This document shows positions 31,195 through 44,152 of a DNA stretch of 64,000 nucleotides, piece by piece (the stretch's first letter is position 1; each line of letters starts with the position of its first letter). A program made the position numbers and the translations under genes. The notes under the pieces were generated by a model. The model had not been told where the DNA came from, did no database searches, and saw only the letters and a list, made by a program, of their open reading frames with translations. The stretch lies in contig OZ243972.1 of assembly GCA_965214705.1 (NCBI GenBank), positions 3,776,001 to 3,840,000 on the forward strand, in the 5' to 3' direction. Origin of the DNA: Alphaproteobacteria bacterium (GTDB taxonomy: Bacteria > Pseudomonadota > Alphaproteobacteria > UBA828).

Positions 31195-31487
31195 CCCATT
31201 ACCTCACCGTGGCCGCGGTCCTGTTCACCCTCGGCGTCGTCGGTATCTTCCTCAACCGCAAGAACGTCATCATCATCCTGATGGCGATCGAGCTGATGCT
31301 GCTTGCGGTCAACATCAACCTGGTCGCCTTCTCGACCTTCCTCAACGACATGGTGGGCCAGGTCTTCGCCATGCTCGTGCTCACGGTCGCCGCCGCCGAG
31401 GCTGCGATCGGTCTCGCCATCCTGGTCGTCTACTTCCGCAATCGCGGCAGCATCGCCGTCGAGGACGTCAACGTGATGAAGGGTTAG
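31179..31487 (+). CDS. nuoK: NADH-quinone oxidoreductase subunit K
   Basis: [21 protein letters not shown]. Confidence 0.97.
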   Translation: MEIGLTHYLTVAAVLFTLGVVGIFLNRKNVIIILMAIELMLLAVNINLVAFSTFLNDMVGQVFAMLVLTVAAAEAAIGLAILVVYFRNRGSIAVEDVNVMKG

Positions 31488-31493
31488 GCGCCG

Positions 31494-33422
<1,929 letters not shown>

Positions 33423-33427
33423 CCGGC

Positions 33428-34969
33428 ATGACCGATTGGCCGATCCTGTCCACCGTCACGTTCCTGCCCCTGGTCGGAGTGTTCTTCATCCTCCTGATCC
33501 GCGGGGACGAGCGGCAGATCGCGGCCAACTCGCGGCACGTGGCGCTCTGGACCTCGGTAGTCACGTTCGCGCTCTCGATCGTGCTGATCGCCGACTTCGA
33601 CACCACGACGGCGGAGTTCCAGTTCGTCGAGTTCGTGCCGTGGCTGCCCGAGCACAACATCGGCTACCACTTGGGCGTGGACGGAATCTCGATCTTCTTC
33701 CTGATCCTGACCACGTTCCTGATCCCGCTCTGCATCCTCGCCTCGTGGGAGGCGATCGCGACGCGCGTGCGCGAATTCATGATCGCCTTCCTGGTGATGG
33801 AGACGCTGATCGTCGGTGTCTTCTGCTCCCTCGACTTCGTGATGTTCTACATCTTCTTCGAGGGCCAGCTGATCCCGATGTTCCTGATCATCGGCATCTG
33901 GGGCGGTGCGCGGCGGGTCTATTCCGCGTTCAAGTTCTTCCTCTACACGCTGGTGGGCTCGGTGCTGTTCCTGCTGGCGATCCTGTTCATGTACCTCGAC
34001 GCCGGCACCACCGACATCCCGATGTTGCTCGTGCACGAGTTCGCGCCGGCGATACAGACCTGGCTCTGGCTCGCGCTCTTCGCCTCCTTCGCGGTCAAGC
34101 TGCCGATGTGGCCGTTCCACACTTGGCTGCCGGACGCCCACGTGGAGGCGCCGACGGCGGGCTCGGTAATCCTCGCCGGCATCCTGTTGAAGATGGGCGG
34201 CTACGGCTTCCTGCGCTTCTCGCTGCCGATGCTGCCGGACGCGAGCGCCTTCTTCGTGCCCTTCATTTACTCGCTGAGCGTGGTCGCGATCATCTACACC
34301 TCGCTGGTCGCGCTCATGCAGCAGGACATGAAGAAGCTGATCGCGTACTCCTCGGTCGCCCACATGGGGATCGTCACCATCGGCATCTTCACCTTCACCG
34401 GCCAGGGCATCGAGGGCGGCATCATCCAGATGCTGAGCCACGGCATCGTCTCGGCGGCGCTTTTCCTCTGCGTCGGCGTCGTCTACGACCGCACCCACAC
34501 CCGTGAGATCGCGGACTACGGCGGGCTGGTGCACCGCATGCCGATGTACGCCTTCGTGCTCATGGTGTTCACACTGGCGGCCATCGGCCTGCCCGGCACC
34601 AGCGGCTTCGTCGGCGAGTTCATGGTGCTGGTGGGCGCCTTCCAGTCCAACACCTGGGTCGCCATGCTGGCGCTGACCGGCGTGATCCTGGGCGCCGCCT
34701 ACATGCTCTGGCTCTACCGGCGCGTGATCTTCGGCGATCTGACCAAGGAGAACCTGAAGTCGATCACCGACCTCAACTGGCGCGAGGTGGGCATCTTCGC
34801 GCCGCTGGTCTCGCTGGCGCTGGTGCTCGGGCTTTATCCGGAGCCCTTCCTCGACGTGCTGCACGTCTCGGTCGAGAACCTGATCGCGCAGACCAACGGG
34901 GCGCCCGATCTGCCCATCGCCGAGACGCCTACCCGCAGCCCGTTTGCTGCGCTCGCGGCGCTGAACTAG
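33428..34969 (+). CDS. nuoM: NADH-quinone oxidoreductase subunit M
   Basis: [36 protein letters not shown]. Confidence 0.97.
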   Translation: MTDWPILSTVTFLPLVGVFFILLIRGDERQIAANSRHVALWTSVVTFALSIVLIADFDTTTAEFQFVEFVPWLPEHNIGYHLGVDGISIFFLILTTFLIPLCILASWEAIATRVREFMIAFLVMETLIVGVFCSLDFVMFYIFFEGQLIPMFLIIGIWGGARRVYSAFKFFLYTLVGSVLFLLAILFMYLDAGTTDIPMLLVHEFAPAIQTWLWLALFASFAVKLPMWPFHTWLPDAHVEAPTAGSVILAGILLKMGGYGFLRFSLPMLPDASAFFVPFIYSLSVVAIIYTSLVALMQQDMKKLIAYSSVAHMGIVTIGIFTFTGQGIEGGIIQMLSHGIVSAALFLCVGVVYDRTHTREIADYGGLVHRMPMYAFVLMVFTLAAIGLPGTSGFVGEFMVLVGAFQSNTWVAMLALTGVILGAAYMLWLYRRVIFGDLTKENLKSITDLNWREVGIFAPLVSLALVLGLYPEPFLDVLHVSVENLIAQTNGAPDLPIAETPTRSPFAALAALN

Positions 34970-34979
34970 GGGCCGGGCG

Positions 34980-36440
34980 ATGCAACCCTTCGTCGAGCCG
35001 GACTATCTGCCCGCCCTGCCGGAGCTCTTCCTCGCAGGCGCCTCGGTCACGCTGCTGATGGCGGGCGTCTTCATCGGCGACCGCTCGACTCGGCTGATGA
35101 CCTGGCTCGCCTGCGTTGCGATGGCGGCGGCCTTCGTCATGGTGCTGGTGCTCCCCGACGAGCGGACGACCACCTTCTTCGGCCTCTTCGTGACCGACCG
35201 CTTCGCCGCCTTCATGAAGTGCCTGGTGCTGGTGGGCGCGGCGGTGACGCTCATCGTCGGCCTCGGCTACGTGAAGCGCGAGGGGATGAACCGCTTCGAG
35301 TTCCCGGTGCTGATCGTCTTCGCCACCCTCGGCATGCTGCTGATGATCTCGGCGAACGACCTGATCGCGCTCTACGTGGGGCTCGAGTTGCAGAGTCTCT
35401 CGCTCTACATCGTCGCCGCCTTCCGCCGGGATTCGCTGCGCTCCACCGAGGCCGGGCTGAAGTATTTCGTGTTGGGGGCGATCTCGTCGGGCCTGCTGCT
35501 CTACGGCTGCTCCATGGTCTACGGCTTCACCGGCGTGACCGGGTTCGAGGGGATTGCGGAGGCGCTGGCCACCACCGTGCCGGGCAACGTGGCGGCGGAG
35601 ACGGGCGTCCTGATCGGGCTCGTGTTCATCGCCGCCGCGCTGGCCTTCAAGGTCTCGGCGGTGCCGTTCCATATGTGGACGCCCGATGTCTACGAGGGCG
35701 CGCCGACTCCGGTCACTGCCTTCTTCGCCGCAGCGCCCAAGGTCGCCGCGATGGCTCTGCTGCTCCGGGTCTTCCTCGGCCCCTTCCACGAGCTTGCCGG
35801 CCAGTGGGACCAGATCATTATTTTCGTCTCGATCGCCTCCATGGGCCTCGGTGCCTTCGCCGCCATTGGCCAGAAGAACATCAAGCGGCTGATGGCCTAC
35901 AGCTCCATCGGCCATGTCGGCTACGCGCTGGTCGGGCTCTCGGCGGGCACGCCTGAAGGCATCCGGGGCGTGCTCGTCTACATGCTGATCTACATGGTGA
36001 TGACACTTGGCGGCTTCGCCTGCATCCTCGCCATGCGCCAGCGCGGCCAGATGGTGGAGGAGATTAGCGACCTCTCCGGCCTCTCCAAGACCAACCCGTC
36101 GCTTGCGTTGGCACTCGCGATCTTCATGTTCTCGATGGCGGGTATCCCGCCGCTCGCCGGCTTCTTCGGCAAGCTCTACGTGTTCCTGGCGGCGGTTGAC
36201 GAGGGGCTCTACGGGCTCGCCATCTTCGGCGTGCTGGCGAGCGTGGTGGGCGCCTACTACTACATCCGGATCGTCAAGGTGATGTACTTCGACCAGCCGG
36301 CAGAGGGCTTCGACCGCCCGGTCGGCGTGGAGCTTTCCGCCGTGCTTGCGGGCACGGGCATCATCACACTGTTCTTCTTCGCCTACCCGGCGCCGATTCT
36401 GGCCGGGGCGGAAGCCGCTGCCGCGGCGCTCATGCCCTGA
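34980..36440 (+). CDS. nuoN: NADH-quinone oxidoreductase subunit N
   Basis: [39 protein letters not shown]. Confidence 0.97.
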   Translation: MQPFVEPDYLPALPELFLAGASVTLLMAGVFIGDRSTRLMTWLACVAMAAAFVMVLVLPDERTTTFFGLFVTDRFAAFMKCLVLVGAAVTLIVGLGYVKREGMNRFEFPVLIVFATLGMLLMISANDLIALYVGLELQSLSLYIVAAFRRDSLRSTEAGLKYFVLGAISSGLLLYGCSMVYGFTGVTGFEGIAEALATTVPGNVAAETGVLIGLVFIAAALAFKVSAVPFHMWTPDVYEGAPTPVTAFFAAAPKVAAMALLLRVFLGPFHELAGQWDQIIIFVSIASMGLGAFAAIGQKNIKRLMAYSSIGHVGYALVGLSAGTPEGIRGVLVYMLIYMVMTLGGFACILAMRQRGQMVEEISDLSGLSKTNPSLALALAIFMFSMAGIPPLAGFFGKLYVFLAAVDEGLYGLAIFGVLASVVGAYYYIRIVKVMYFDQPAEGFDRPVGVELSAVLAGTGIITLFFFAYPAPILAGAEAAAAALMP

Positions 36441-36463
36441 CCGCGACCGCCGCCACCGCGCCG

Positions 36464-37252
36464 ATGCCGCCGGCGACACTGCCGCCGGGCTACGCTCTGA
36501 TCGCCCTCGACGAGGCCGGCAGCACCAACGACGAGGCCAAGACGCGTGCGGAGACGGGCGCGCCCGATGGCACTGTGATTTGGGCGCGGCAGCAGCGGGC
36601 GGGGCGCGGCAGAAGGGGCCGCGCCTGGGTCTCGCCGCCGGGCAATCTCTACCTATCGGCGATCCTCCGCCCCGCCTGCGAGGTGCGGAGCGTGGCGCAG
36701 CTCTCGTTCGTCGCCGCGCTCGCGGTGCTCGACCTGGTGGACGGGCCGCTGCCCGGCCGGGCGCGCTGCAAGTGGCCGAACGATGTGCTCGTGGATGGCG
36801 GCAAGGTCGCGGGGGTGCTGCTGGAGTCGGCGCTCGGGCCGGGGGGGCGCGTGGACTGGGTGGTGCTCGGCATCGGCGTGAACCTCGCGTGCCATCCCGG
36901 CATTGATGGCCCCATCCCGTCGACGAGCCTTGTCGACGCCGGTGTCCCGCTGCTTGCGCCGGAAGATGCGTTGCCCGCGGTGCTGGCGGCCCTCGCCCGG
37001 CGCAGGCAAGAATGGGAGGCGCAGGGCTTTGAAGCGGTTAGACGCGCCTGGCTCGCCCGCGCCCACGGGCTGGGCGGCCCGGTGACGGTTACGAACGGCG
37101 AGCGGAGCCTCACAGGCGTGTTCCAAGGGCTCGACGAGGAGGGCGCGCTGGTGCTCGCGCGGCCGGGCGCGGCCCCGCTCTCCATCTCGGCCGGCGATGT
37201 AAGCTTCGGCGATGGGGCCGATGCGGAGGCGGCGCATGCTGCTCGCGGTTGA
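36464..37252 (+). CDS. birA: Biotin--[acetyl-CoA-carboxylase] ligase (no HTH domain)
   Basis: [29 protein letters not shown]. Confidence 0.93.
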   Translation: MPPATLPPGYALIALDEAGSTNDEAKTRAETGAPDGTVIWARQQRAGRGRRGRAWVSPPGNLYLSAILRPACEVRSVAQLSFVAALAVLDLVDGPLPGRARCKWPNDVLVDGGKVAGVLLESALGPGGRVDWVVLGIGVNLACHPGIDGPIPSTSLVDAGVPLLAPEDALPAVLAALARRRQEWEAQGFEAVRRAWLARAHGLGGPVTVTNGERSLTGVFQGLDEEGALVLARPGAAPLSISAGDVSFGDGADAEAAHAARG

Positions 37253-38021
37253 CGCCGGCAACACCAACACCGTCTTCGCGGTGTTCGACGGCGACGGGGA
37301 GGACGCGCCGCGCGGCCAGTGGCGCGCCATGACGGACGCCAGGCGCACGAGCGACGAGTACGCGGTCTGGCTCGGCCAACTCCTGGCGCAGAAGGGCCTC
37401 AGCCTCGCCGATATCGGCGAGGCCATCGTCTCCAGCGTGGTGCCGCAGGGGATCGGTGCGTTGAAGTCCCTCTGCGCCGATCATTGCGGTTGCGCGGCGC
37501 AGGTGATCGGAGAGCCGGGGGTCGCGCTCGGCATCGCGGTCAACGTGCCCCGGCCCGAGGAGGTGGGGGCCGACCGGCTGGTCAACACGGTGGGCGCGCA
37601 CATCCGCCATCCCGGCGCGCTCATCATCCTCGACTTCGGCACCGCGACTACCTTCGATTCCGTGAGTGCGGCGGGCGCCTACGAGGGCGGCATCATCGCA
37701 CCGGGCATCGGGCTCTCGCTGGAGGCGCTGCACCAGGCCGCCGCGCAGCTTCCACGCATCGCGGTCAAGCGCCCCGAACGGCTGATTGCCAAGGCGACGG
37801 TGCCGGCCATGCAGTCCGGCATCTACTGGGGCTACGTGGGCCTGATCGAAGGCATCATCGCGCGCATGAAGACCGAGATTGCGGCACCCGTGACCACGGT
37901 CGCGACCGGCGGGCTCGCCAGCCTCTTCGGCGATGCCACGGACGCGATCGACCGGGTCGATCCTGACCTGACGATTCGGGGATTGCGCGAGGTCCACCGG
38001 CGCAACCGGAGGGCGCCATGA
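37236..38021 (+). CDS. coaX: Type III pantothenate kinase
   Basis: [25 protein letters not shown]. Confidence 0.93.
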   Translation: MLLAVDAGNTNTVFAVFDGDGEDAPRGQWRAMTDARRTSDEYAVWLGQLLAQKGLSLADIGEAIVSSVVPQGIGALKSLCADHCGCAAQVIGEPGVALGIAVNVPRPEEVGADRLVNTVGAHIRHPGALIILDFGTATTFDSVSAAGAYEGGIIAPGIGLSLEALHQAAAQLPRIAVKRPERLIAKATVPAMQSGIYWGYVGLIEGIIARMKTEIAAPVTTVATGGLASLFGDATDAIDRVDPDLTIRGLREVHRRNRRAP

Positions 38022-39703
38022 ACGCGCCCGAGAGGAACGCCGGGCCCAGCGTCCAGCGCGACGCGCTGCACTTCCTGCCCCTCGGCGGGGCCGGCGAGAT
38101 CGGCATGAACCTCAACCTCTACGCCTGCCAGGGCCAGTGGCTGATGGTCGATCTCGGCATCACCTTTGCGGGCGACACGCTGCCCGGCATCGACGTGCTC
38201 ATGCCGGACCCGGCATTCATCGAGGAGCGCCGGAAGGACCTGCTCGCCATCGTGCTGACCCATGCCCACGAGGACCATCTGGGCGCGGTCGCCTATCTCT
38301 GGCCGAGGCTGCGCTGCCCCGTGTACGCGACGCCGTTCGCCGCTGCGGTGTTGCGCGAGAAGCTGGCGGACGCGAAGCTGCTCTCGGAGGTGCCGCTGAC
38401 CGAGGTGGCGCTGTCCAGCCGGCTCAATCTCGGGCCGTTCGCGCTCACTTTCATCTCGCTCACCCACTCGATCCCCGAGCCGAATGCGCTGCTGATCGAG
38501 ACGCCCTACGGGCGCGTGATGCACACTGGCGACTGGAAGATCGATCCCGAGCCGCTGGTCGGCGAGAACCTGGACGAGGCCGCGCTGCGCCAGGCGGGCG
38601 AGGCCGGCGTGCTCGCGCTGGTCGGCGATTCCACCAACGCGACGGTCGAGGGCAAATCTGGATCGGAAGGCGCGGTGCGCGAGACTCTCACGCGCCTGAT
38701 CGCCGAACGCGAGCACGGCCTTGCCGTCACCCTCTTCGCCTCCAACGTCGCCCGGCTCGAATCGGTGGCGCTGGCGGCGTGGGATGCGGGCCGGGAGCCG
38801 GTGCTGGTCGGGCGCTCGCTCCATCGCTACGTGCGGGCGGCGCGCGCGTGCGGCTATCTTGAGGACGTGCGACTGCTCACGGAGGACGAGGGCGCGCCGC
38901 TGCACAGCAGCCAGGTGGTCTATCTCTGCACCGGCTGCCAGGGCGAGCCGCGTGCCGCCATGTCTCGGATTGGCTCGGATAACCATCCGCGGGTGAGCCT
39001 CGGCGAAGGCGATACGGTGATCTTCTCGTCGAAGATCATCCCCGGCAACGAGCGGACGATTGGCGACCTGCATAACAAGTTGCTGCGGCGCGGCATCGAG
39101 GTCATCACGGAGTACGACGCGGGCGTGCACGTCTCCGGCCATCCCTGCCGGGGCGAGCTGCGCCAGATGTACCAATGGATCCGGCCGCAGATCGCGGTGC
39201 CGGTGCACGGCGAGGCGCGCCACATGCAGGCGCATGGTGCGCTGGCCCGCGCGCTGCAGGTGCCAGAACCCGTCTTCGTCGAGAACGGCGATCTGCTGCG
39301 CCTTGCGCCGGGGCCGGCCACGGTGATCGGCCGCGCGCCGGCCGGGCGGCTCGCGCTGGACGGCGAGCAGATCGTCGCGACCAATCACGTCTCCATCGGC
39401 GCGCGCCGCAAGCTGATGCACAATGGGGCGATCTTCGTCTCGGTGGTGGTCGACCGCAGCGGGCGCACCCTGGTCTCGCCCCAGGTCTCGGGCCGGGGCA
39501 TCCTGGACGGGGAGGACGAACAGCCCGCGCGGGAGGCGATCGCGGCGGACGTGGCCGACGCGGTGGACTCCCTGCCGCGGGCGCAGGCACGCGAGGAGGG
39601 CCCGATCGAGCAGGCGGCACGGCAAGCCATCCGGCGCGCCTTGCGCGAGAGCCACGGCAAGCGCCCGGTGATCGACGTGCAGATCGCGCGGGTGCCTGGC
39701 TGA
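38018..39703 (+). CDS. rnj: Ribonuclease J
   Basis: [34 protein letters not shown]. Confidence 0.95.
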   Translation: MNAPERNAGPSVQRDALHFLPLGGAGEIGMNLNLYACQGQWLMVDLGITFAGDTLPGIDVLMPDPAFIEERRKDLLAIVLTHAHEDHLGAVAYLWPRLRCPVYATPFAAAVLREKLADAKLLSEVPLTEVALSSRLNLGPFALTFISLTHSIPEPNALLIETPYGRVMHTGDWKIDPEPLVGENLDEAALRQAGEAGVLALVGDSTNATVEGKSGSEGAVRETLTRLIAEREHGLAVTLFASNVARLESVALAAWDAGREPVLVGRSLHRYVRAARACGYLEDVRLLTEDEGAPLHSSQVVYLCTGCQGEPRAAMSRIGSDNHPRVSLGEGDTVIFSSKIIPGNERTIGDLHNKLLRRGIEVITEYDAGVHVSGHPCRGELRQMYQWIRPQIAVPVHGEARHMQAHGALARALQVPEPVFVENGDLLRLAPGPATVIGRAPAGRLALDGEQIVATNHVSIGARRKLMHNGAIFVSVVVDRSGRTLVSPQVSGRGILDGEDEQPAREAIAADVADAVDSLPRAQAREEGPIEQAARQAIRRALRESHGKRPVIDVQIARVPG

Positions 39704-39716
39704 GCGGAGCGGGATC

Positions 39717-40121
39717 ATGATCGGACGCCTGAACCATGTCGCCATCGCCGTGCCGGACCTCGCGGCGGCGAGCGCGCTCTATCGCGGGACCCTGGGCGCC
39801 GAGGTCTCCGAGCCCCTGGACCTGCCCGAGCATGGTGTGACGACGGTCTTCGTCACGCTGCCGAACACCAAGCTCGAGCTGCTGCATCCGCTGGGCGAGG
39901 GGTCGCCCATCGCGGGCTTCCTCGCCAAGAACCCGGCGGGCGGCATCCATCATCTCTGCTACGAGGTGGACGATATCTACGCGGCGCGCGACCGCCTGGT
40001 GGCGGAAGGCGCGCGAGTGCTGGGCGACGGCGAGCCGCGCACCGGCGCCCACGGCAAACCAGTGATCTTCCTCCACCCCAAGGACTTCTGCGGCACGCTG
40101 GTCGAGCTGGAGCAGGTCTGA
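39717..40121 (+). CDS. mce: Methylmalonyl-CoA epimerase
   Basis: RLNHVAIAV, GGIHHLCYEV, FLHPKDFCGTLVELEQ. Confidence 0.95.
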   Translation: MIGRLNHVAIAVPDLAAASALYRGTLGAEVSEPLDLPEHGVTTVFVTLPNTKLELLHPLGEGSPIAGFLAKNPAGGIHHLCYEVDDIYAARDRLVAEGARVLGDGEPRTGAHGKPVIFLHPKDFCGTLVELEQV

Positions 40122-40131
40122 GGCCGCCGCC

Positions 40132-40374
40132 GTGGACGCCTTCGGCATCATCGTCGTCTTCGTGATCGCCTGGTGGCTCTCCTTCTTCGTCGCGCTGCCC
40201 TTCGGGATCAGGCCGATCGAGAATCCGGAGCCCGGCCACGCGCCCGGCGCCCCTCAGCGTCCGCGGCTCTGGCGCAAGGCGGCCATCGCGACGGTGGCGG
40301 GCAGCGTGATTACCGGCGTCATCGTCGGCATTGTCGAGGCCGGCTGGCTTTCGCTCGAGACCTTCGCGGAATAG
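40132..40374 (+). CDS. DUF1467 family small membrane protein
   Basis: WWLSFFVALPFG...GAP; conserved position after mce in Alphaproteobacteria. Confidence 0.8.
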   Translation: MDAFGIIVVFVIAWWLSFFVALPFGIRPIENPEPGHAPGAPQRPRLWRKAAIATVAGSVITGVIVGIVEAGWLSLETFAE

Positions 40375-40391
40375 GGGCAGGGCAGAGGGCC

Positions 40392-40928
40392 GTGACGAGC
40401 TACTGCGATATCGCGCCGGGGCATCCCTTCCACGGTCCCTATCACGACCGAGTTTACGGCTTCCCGGTGCGGGACGACGACCGGCTGTTCGAGCGCCTCA
40501 TCCTGGAGATCAACCAGGCCGGACTCTCCTGGCTCACGATCCTGAAGAAGCAAGAGGCCTTCGTCGCGGCCTTCGAGGGCTTCGAGATCGCGCGGGTCGC
40601 GGCCTACGGCGATGAGGAGCGGGCGCGCCTGCTGGCCGACGCGGGCATCATCCGCAACCGGCTCAAGGTCGACGCGGCCATCGAAAACGCCAAGCGCATC
40701 GCGGCGTTGCAGGAGTCCCACGGCTCCTTCACCGCCTGGCTCGACGCGCATCATCCGAGGCCCCACGCGGATTGGGTGAAGCTCTTCAAGGCCTGCTTCA
40801 AGTTCACGGGCGGTGAGATCTGTCGCGAATTCCTGCTGTCGACCGGCTATCTGGAAGGCGCCCACCGGCCCGACTGCCCCGTCTATGCAGAAATCCTGAA
40901 ACAGAAACCGCCCTGGCAGCGTGCCTGA
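40392..40928 (+). CDS. tag: DNA-3-methyladenine glycosylase I
   Basis: YHD...G, QAGLSWLTILKK, IIRNRLK, FKFTG, H...C Zn ligands. Confidence 0.88.
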   Translation: MTSYCDIAPGHPFHGPYHDRVYGFPVRDDDRLFERLILEINQAGLSWLTILKKQEAFVAAFEGFEIARVAAYGDEERARLLADAGIIRNRLKVDAAIENAKRIAALQESHGSFTAWLDAHHPRPHADWVKLFKACFKFTGGEICREFLLSTGYLEGAHRPDCPVYAEILKQKPPWQRA

Positions 40929-40934
40929 CTCAGG

Positions 40935-42110
40935 TCAGACGGCGACTTCGTCCACTCTCACCCAGCGCCGCTCGGCGTCGGAAAGGATGCAGGCGTCGAT
41001 TACCCGCTGGACCTCCGCCGCAAACCTGAAATCGGGATAGGCCGGCTTGCCGGCGGCAACCGCTTCGATGAGGTCCTGAACCTCCATCACCTTGAAGTCG
41101 TTGTAGCCGGCGCCAATGCCCGGAACCGGGTAGAACGCCCCGTAGCGCGGGTCGCTCGGCCCCGTCGAGATGTGCTTGAAGCCCGGTGTACCGGGATCGC
41201 CGTCCTCCTTGTAGACCTGCAGGTCGTTGATGCGGTCGTAGAAATAGCGGATTGCGCCCTGGGTGCCGGTCAGCTCGTAGCCGATATCCATGCGCTTACC
41301 GACAGAGACGCGGCTCATCTCCATGTGTCCGTTCAGGCCGCCGGCGGTCTTGAACATTGCGGTCGCGAGGTCGTCCGTGTCGACCTGCATCATCTGGCCG
41401 CTGCTACCGCCGGAATCCATGCTGAAGCCGCCGTGAGCCGCCGGTGCCGGGCGTTCCGGGATGACGATTTCGAGGTTGCACACCACTTCCTCGACCGGTT
41501 GGCCGACGAGGTGTTGCAGATAGGCGAAGCAATGCGCTCCGATGTCGCCGATCACGCCGGAACCGGCCTGCACCTTGTCGTTGCGCCATGAGAAGGGGAT
41601 CTCCGGCCGGCCGAGGAAGTCGGCGCTGAACGAGCCGCGGTAGTAGCTCGGCGCGCCGATCTCGCCGTCCGCGACCAGCCGCCGGGCGAGGGTCTGGACC
41701 GGATTCTTGATGTAGTTGAAGCCGACCATGGTAATGACGCCGGCCTTCTCGGCCGCCTCCGCCATCGCGAACGCTTCCTTTGCGTCGTTGGCGAGGGGCT
41801 TCTCGCAGTAAACATGCTTGCCGGCGGCGATCGCGGCCATCGTCATCTCGAAGTGGAGGTCGTTCGGCGTGTCGATGTCGACGATGTCGATGGTCGGGTC
41901 GTCGATAATCTCCCGCCAATCCGCCGTGTAGCGGCGGAAACCGAGCTCTCGGGCCGCGCGGCTCGCGATCTCCTCGTTCACTTCGGCCACGGCTTCCAGC
42001 ACGGGAACCGCCGGCTCGCCGCCGAAGGCGAGCGGCTGGGCGCGATAGCACATGGCGTGGGTCTTGCCCATCCAGCCGGCACCGATGAGGCCGATCTTCA
42101 ACTCTCTCAT
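40935..42110 (-). CDS. Gfo/Idh/MocA family oxidoreductase
   Basis: IGAGWMG, KHVYCEKP, GVIGDIGAH. Confidence 0.88.
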   Translation of the reverse strand: MRELKIGLIGAGWMGKTHAMCYRAQPLAFGGEPAVPVLEAVAEVNEEIASRAARELGFRRYTADWREIIDDPTIDIVDIDTPNDLHFEMTMAAIAAGKHVYCEKPLANDAKEAFAMAEAAEKAGVITMVGFNYIKNPVQTLARRLVADGEIGAPSYYRGSFSADFLGRPEIPFSWRNDKVQAGSGVIGDIGAHCFAYLQHLVGQPVEEVVCNLEIVIPERPAPAAHGGFSMDSGGSSGQMMQVDTDDLATAMFKTAGGLNGHMEMSRVSVGKRMDIGYELTGTQGAIRYFYDRINDLQVYKEDGDPGTPGFKHISTGPSDPRYGAFYPVPGIGAGYNDFKVMEVQDLIEAVAAGKPAYPDFRFAAEVQRVIDACILSDAERRWVRVDEVAV

Positions 42111-42390
42111 AATTCTTTCCAATCTCGGGGTTATTCGTTGGCGGAGAGGCCGCGAGGGAAGCAATAGGAGTAGGCCGAAGAGCACAGAACTGCCCGGCGG
42201 CGGCATCCTATCAAGGGCCTCGAAACCGAGCCAGACTCAGCCGGCGAATGGCGCTGGCCTTGGCATCCGCGATCGGTCACCATGCCGCGCAGCGCAGGCC
42301 CCGGTGGCGCAGCTAAATGCCGCGCGCGCCAGGCAGGGGAAACCACGCGCCGCAGGCTCCAGGCGGCGCCCAGGACCAGGGAGATGACAC

Positions 42391-43152
42391 ATGGATCTCG
42401 GATTGAAGGGCAGGAAGTCGCTGGTGACGGGTGGCACCAAGGGGATCGGCCGCGCAATCGCGAATGAGCTGGCGGCAGAGGGCTCCGACGTTGCGATCTG
42501 CGCGCGCACCGAAGCCGATGTGGAGGAGGCGGTCTCCGCGCTCGCCGCGACCGGCGTTCGCGCGTCGGGCCGCGCGCTCGATGTCGGCGACGGGCCGGCG
42601 GTACGTCAGTGGGTCGACGACGTGGCCGCAGAGTTCGGCGGGCTCGATATTGTGGTGCCCAATGTCAGCGCGCTTGCGGCCAGCCCGGACCTGGAGTCCT
42701 GGCAGAAGGAATTCAATGTCGACATGATGCACACCGTGCATGCGGTGGAGGCGGCGCTGCCGCACCTTGAGAAGTCCGATGCGGGCTCCATCGTGGTCAT
42801 TTCGAGCGTCTCGGGTATCGAGATCGACTTCGCGGCCGGTCCCTACGGCGTCTTCAAGGCGGCGCTGATCCATTATGCCGCAGGCCTTGCCCGCCAGCTC
42901 GCTCCCAAGGGCATCCGCGCCAACTCGGTCTCGCCCGGCAACACCTACTTCGAGGGGGGCTTCTGGCAGGACATCGAGAAAGGCAATCCGGACCTGTTCA
43001 ATCTGGCCTTGAGCCTCAACAAGACCGGGCGCATGGCGACCGCCGAGGAGGTGGCCAACGCAACGGTGTTCCTTGCGAGTCCCAGGGCGAGCTTCATCAC
43101 CGGCACTAATATCAAGGTGGACGGCGCGCTCACTGACGGCGTGCAGTACTGA
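42391..43152 (+). CDS. Short-chain dehydrogenase/reductase
   Basis: TGGTKGIG, YGVFK (YxxxK), NSVSPG. Confidence 0.9.
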   Translation: MDLGLKGRKSLVTGGTKGIGRAIANELAAEGSDVAICARTEADVEEAVSALAATGVRASGRALDVGDGPAVRQWVDDVAAEFGGLDIVVPNVSALAASPDLESWQKEFNVDMMHTVHAVEAALPHLEKSDAGSIVVISSVSGIEIDFAAGPYGVFKAALIHYAAGLARQLAPKGIRANSVSPGNTYFEGGFWQDIEKGNPDLFNLALSLNKTGRMATAEEVANATVFLASPRASFITGTNIKVDGALTDGVQY

Positions 43153-43182
43153 GCCACTTCGCGGGCGATCGGGGAGGCGGCG

Positions 43183-43653
43183 ATGGCGGAAACGGAGTGG
43201 ACGGTCTACCTCTCCGGCGAGATACACACCGACTGGCGCGATCGGATCCGCGATGGGGCCAAAGCGGAAGGTCTCGATATCGCCTTCGTCTCCCCGGTCA
43301 CCGACCACGCGGCGAGCGACGATTGCGGCGTCGCCATCCTCGGCGCCGAGGAGAGGGCGTTCTGGAAGGACCACAAGGGCGCGCGGGTCAACGCGATCCG
43401 CAATCGCACCCTGATCCGGCGCGCGGATATCGTGGTGGTGCGCTTCGGCGACGAGTACCGGCAGTGGAACGCGGCTTTCGATGCCGGCTACGCTGCCGCA
43501 CTCGACAAACCCATCATCACGCTGCACGAGCCGGCTCTGACCCATGCGCTGAAGGAGGTGGACGGTGCAGCGCTTGCCGTGGCCGAGACGCCGGAGCAGG
43601 TGGTCGAGCTGCTGCGCTACGCGATGACCGGCACGCTCCCGTCCGCTGCTTAG
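43183..43653 (+). CDS. YtoQ family protein (nucleoside 2-deoxyribosyltransferase-like fold)
   Basis: VYLSGEIHTDWR, QWNAAFDAGYA, HALKEVD. Confidence 0.85.
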   Translation: MAETEWTVYLSGEIHTDWRDRIRDGAKAEGLDIAFVSPVTDHAASDDCGVAILGAEERAFWKDHKGARVNAIRNRTLIRRADIVVVRFGDEYRQWNAAFDAGYAAALDKPIITLHEPALTHALKEVDGAALAVAETPEQVVELLRYAMTGTLPSAA

Positions 43654-43666
43654 GAAAGCTCGCGAC

Positions 43667-44128
43667 ATGCCCAAGATCGATATCGACCGGGTGCCGGTGA
43701 AGACCGGCTCGCTCTATCCGCCGCCATACAACGCGATGGCGGACGGACGCATCAAGCAGGCGCTGGGCGATGCGGGCGGGTTGACCCAATTCGGGGTCAA
43801 CCTGACGCGCCTGCCGCCCGGCGCCGCCAGCGCGCAGCGCCATTGGCATGAAGCCGAAGACGAACTGGTCTTCGTCGTTTCTGGCGAGCTGGTCCTGATC
43901 GAAGAGGGCGGCGAAACCACGCTCAGGGCGGGGGAGGCGGCGACGTTCAAGGCCGGCCACGCCGATGGCCACTACCTGTTGAACCGCTCCACGGAGGATG
44001 CCGTGGTGTTGGAGATCGGGACCCGCGCCAGCGAGGAGCGCTGCCGGTATCCGGACATCGATCTCGTCTACGAGAAGCGTGGCGGCAAGGTCCACTTCAC
44101 CAACAGGGCAGGCGACCCCTACGACTGA
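43667..44128 (+). CDS. Cupin domain protein
   Basis: GLTQFGVNL, RHWHEAEDE, GH. Confidence 0.85.
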   Translation: MPKIDIDRVPVKTGSLYPPPYNAMADGRIKQALGDAGGLTQFGVNLTRLPPGAASAQRHWHEAEDELVFVVSGELVLIEEGGETTLRAGEAATFKAGHADGHYLLNRSTEDAVVLEIGTRASEERCRYPDIDLVYEKRGGKVHFTNRAGDPYD

Positions 44129-44133
44129 TCCGC

Positions 44134-44152
44134 GCCGGGGAACGGCCCCGGC
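44134..44152. terminator. GC-rich hairpin between convergent genes
   Basis: GCCGGGG-AACGG-CCCCGGC with no clear U-tract. Confidence 0.3.

Noticed and set aside
42305-42320. Sigma-54-like TGGCGC...ATGC upstream of the SDR gene
   Set aside because: GG-to-GC spacing is one base too long for a -24/-12 promoter
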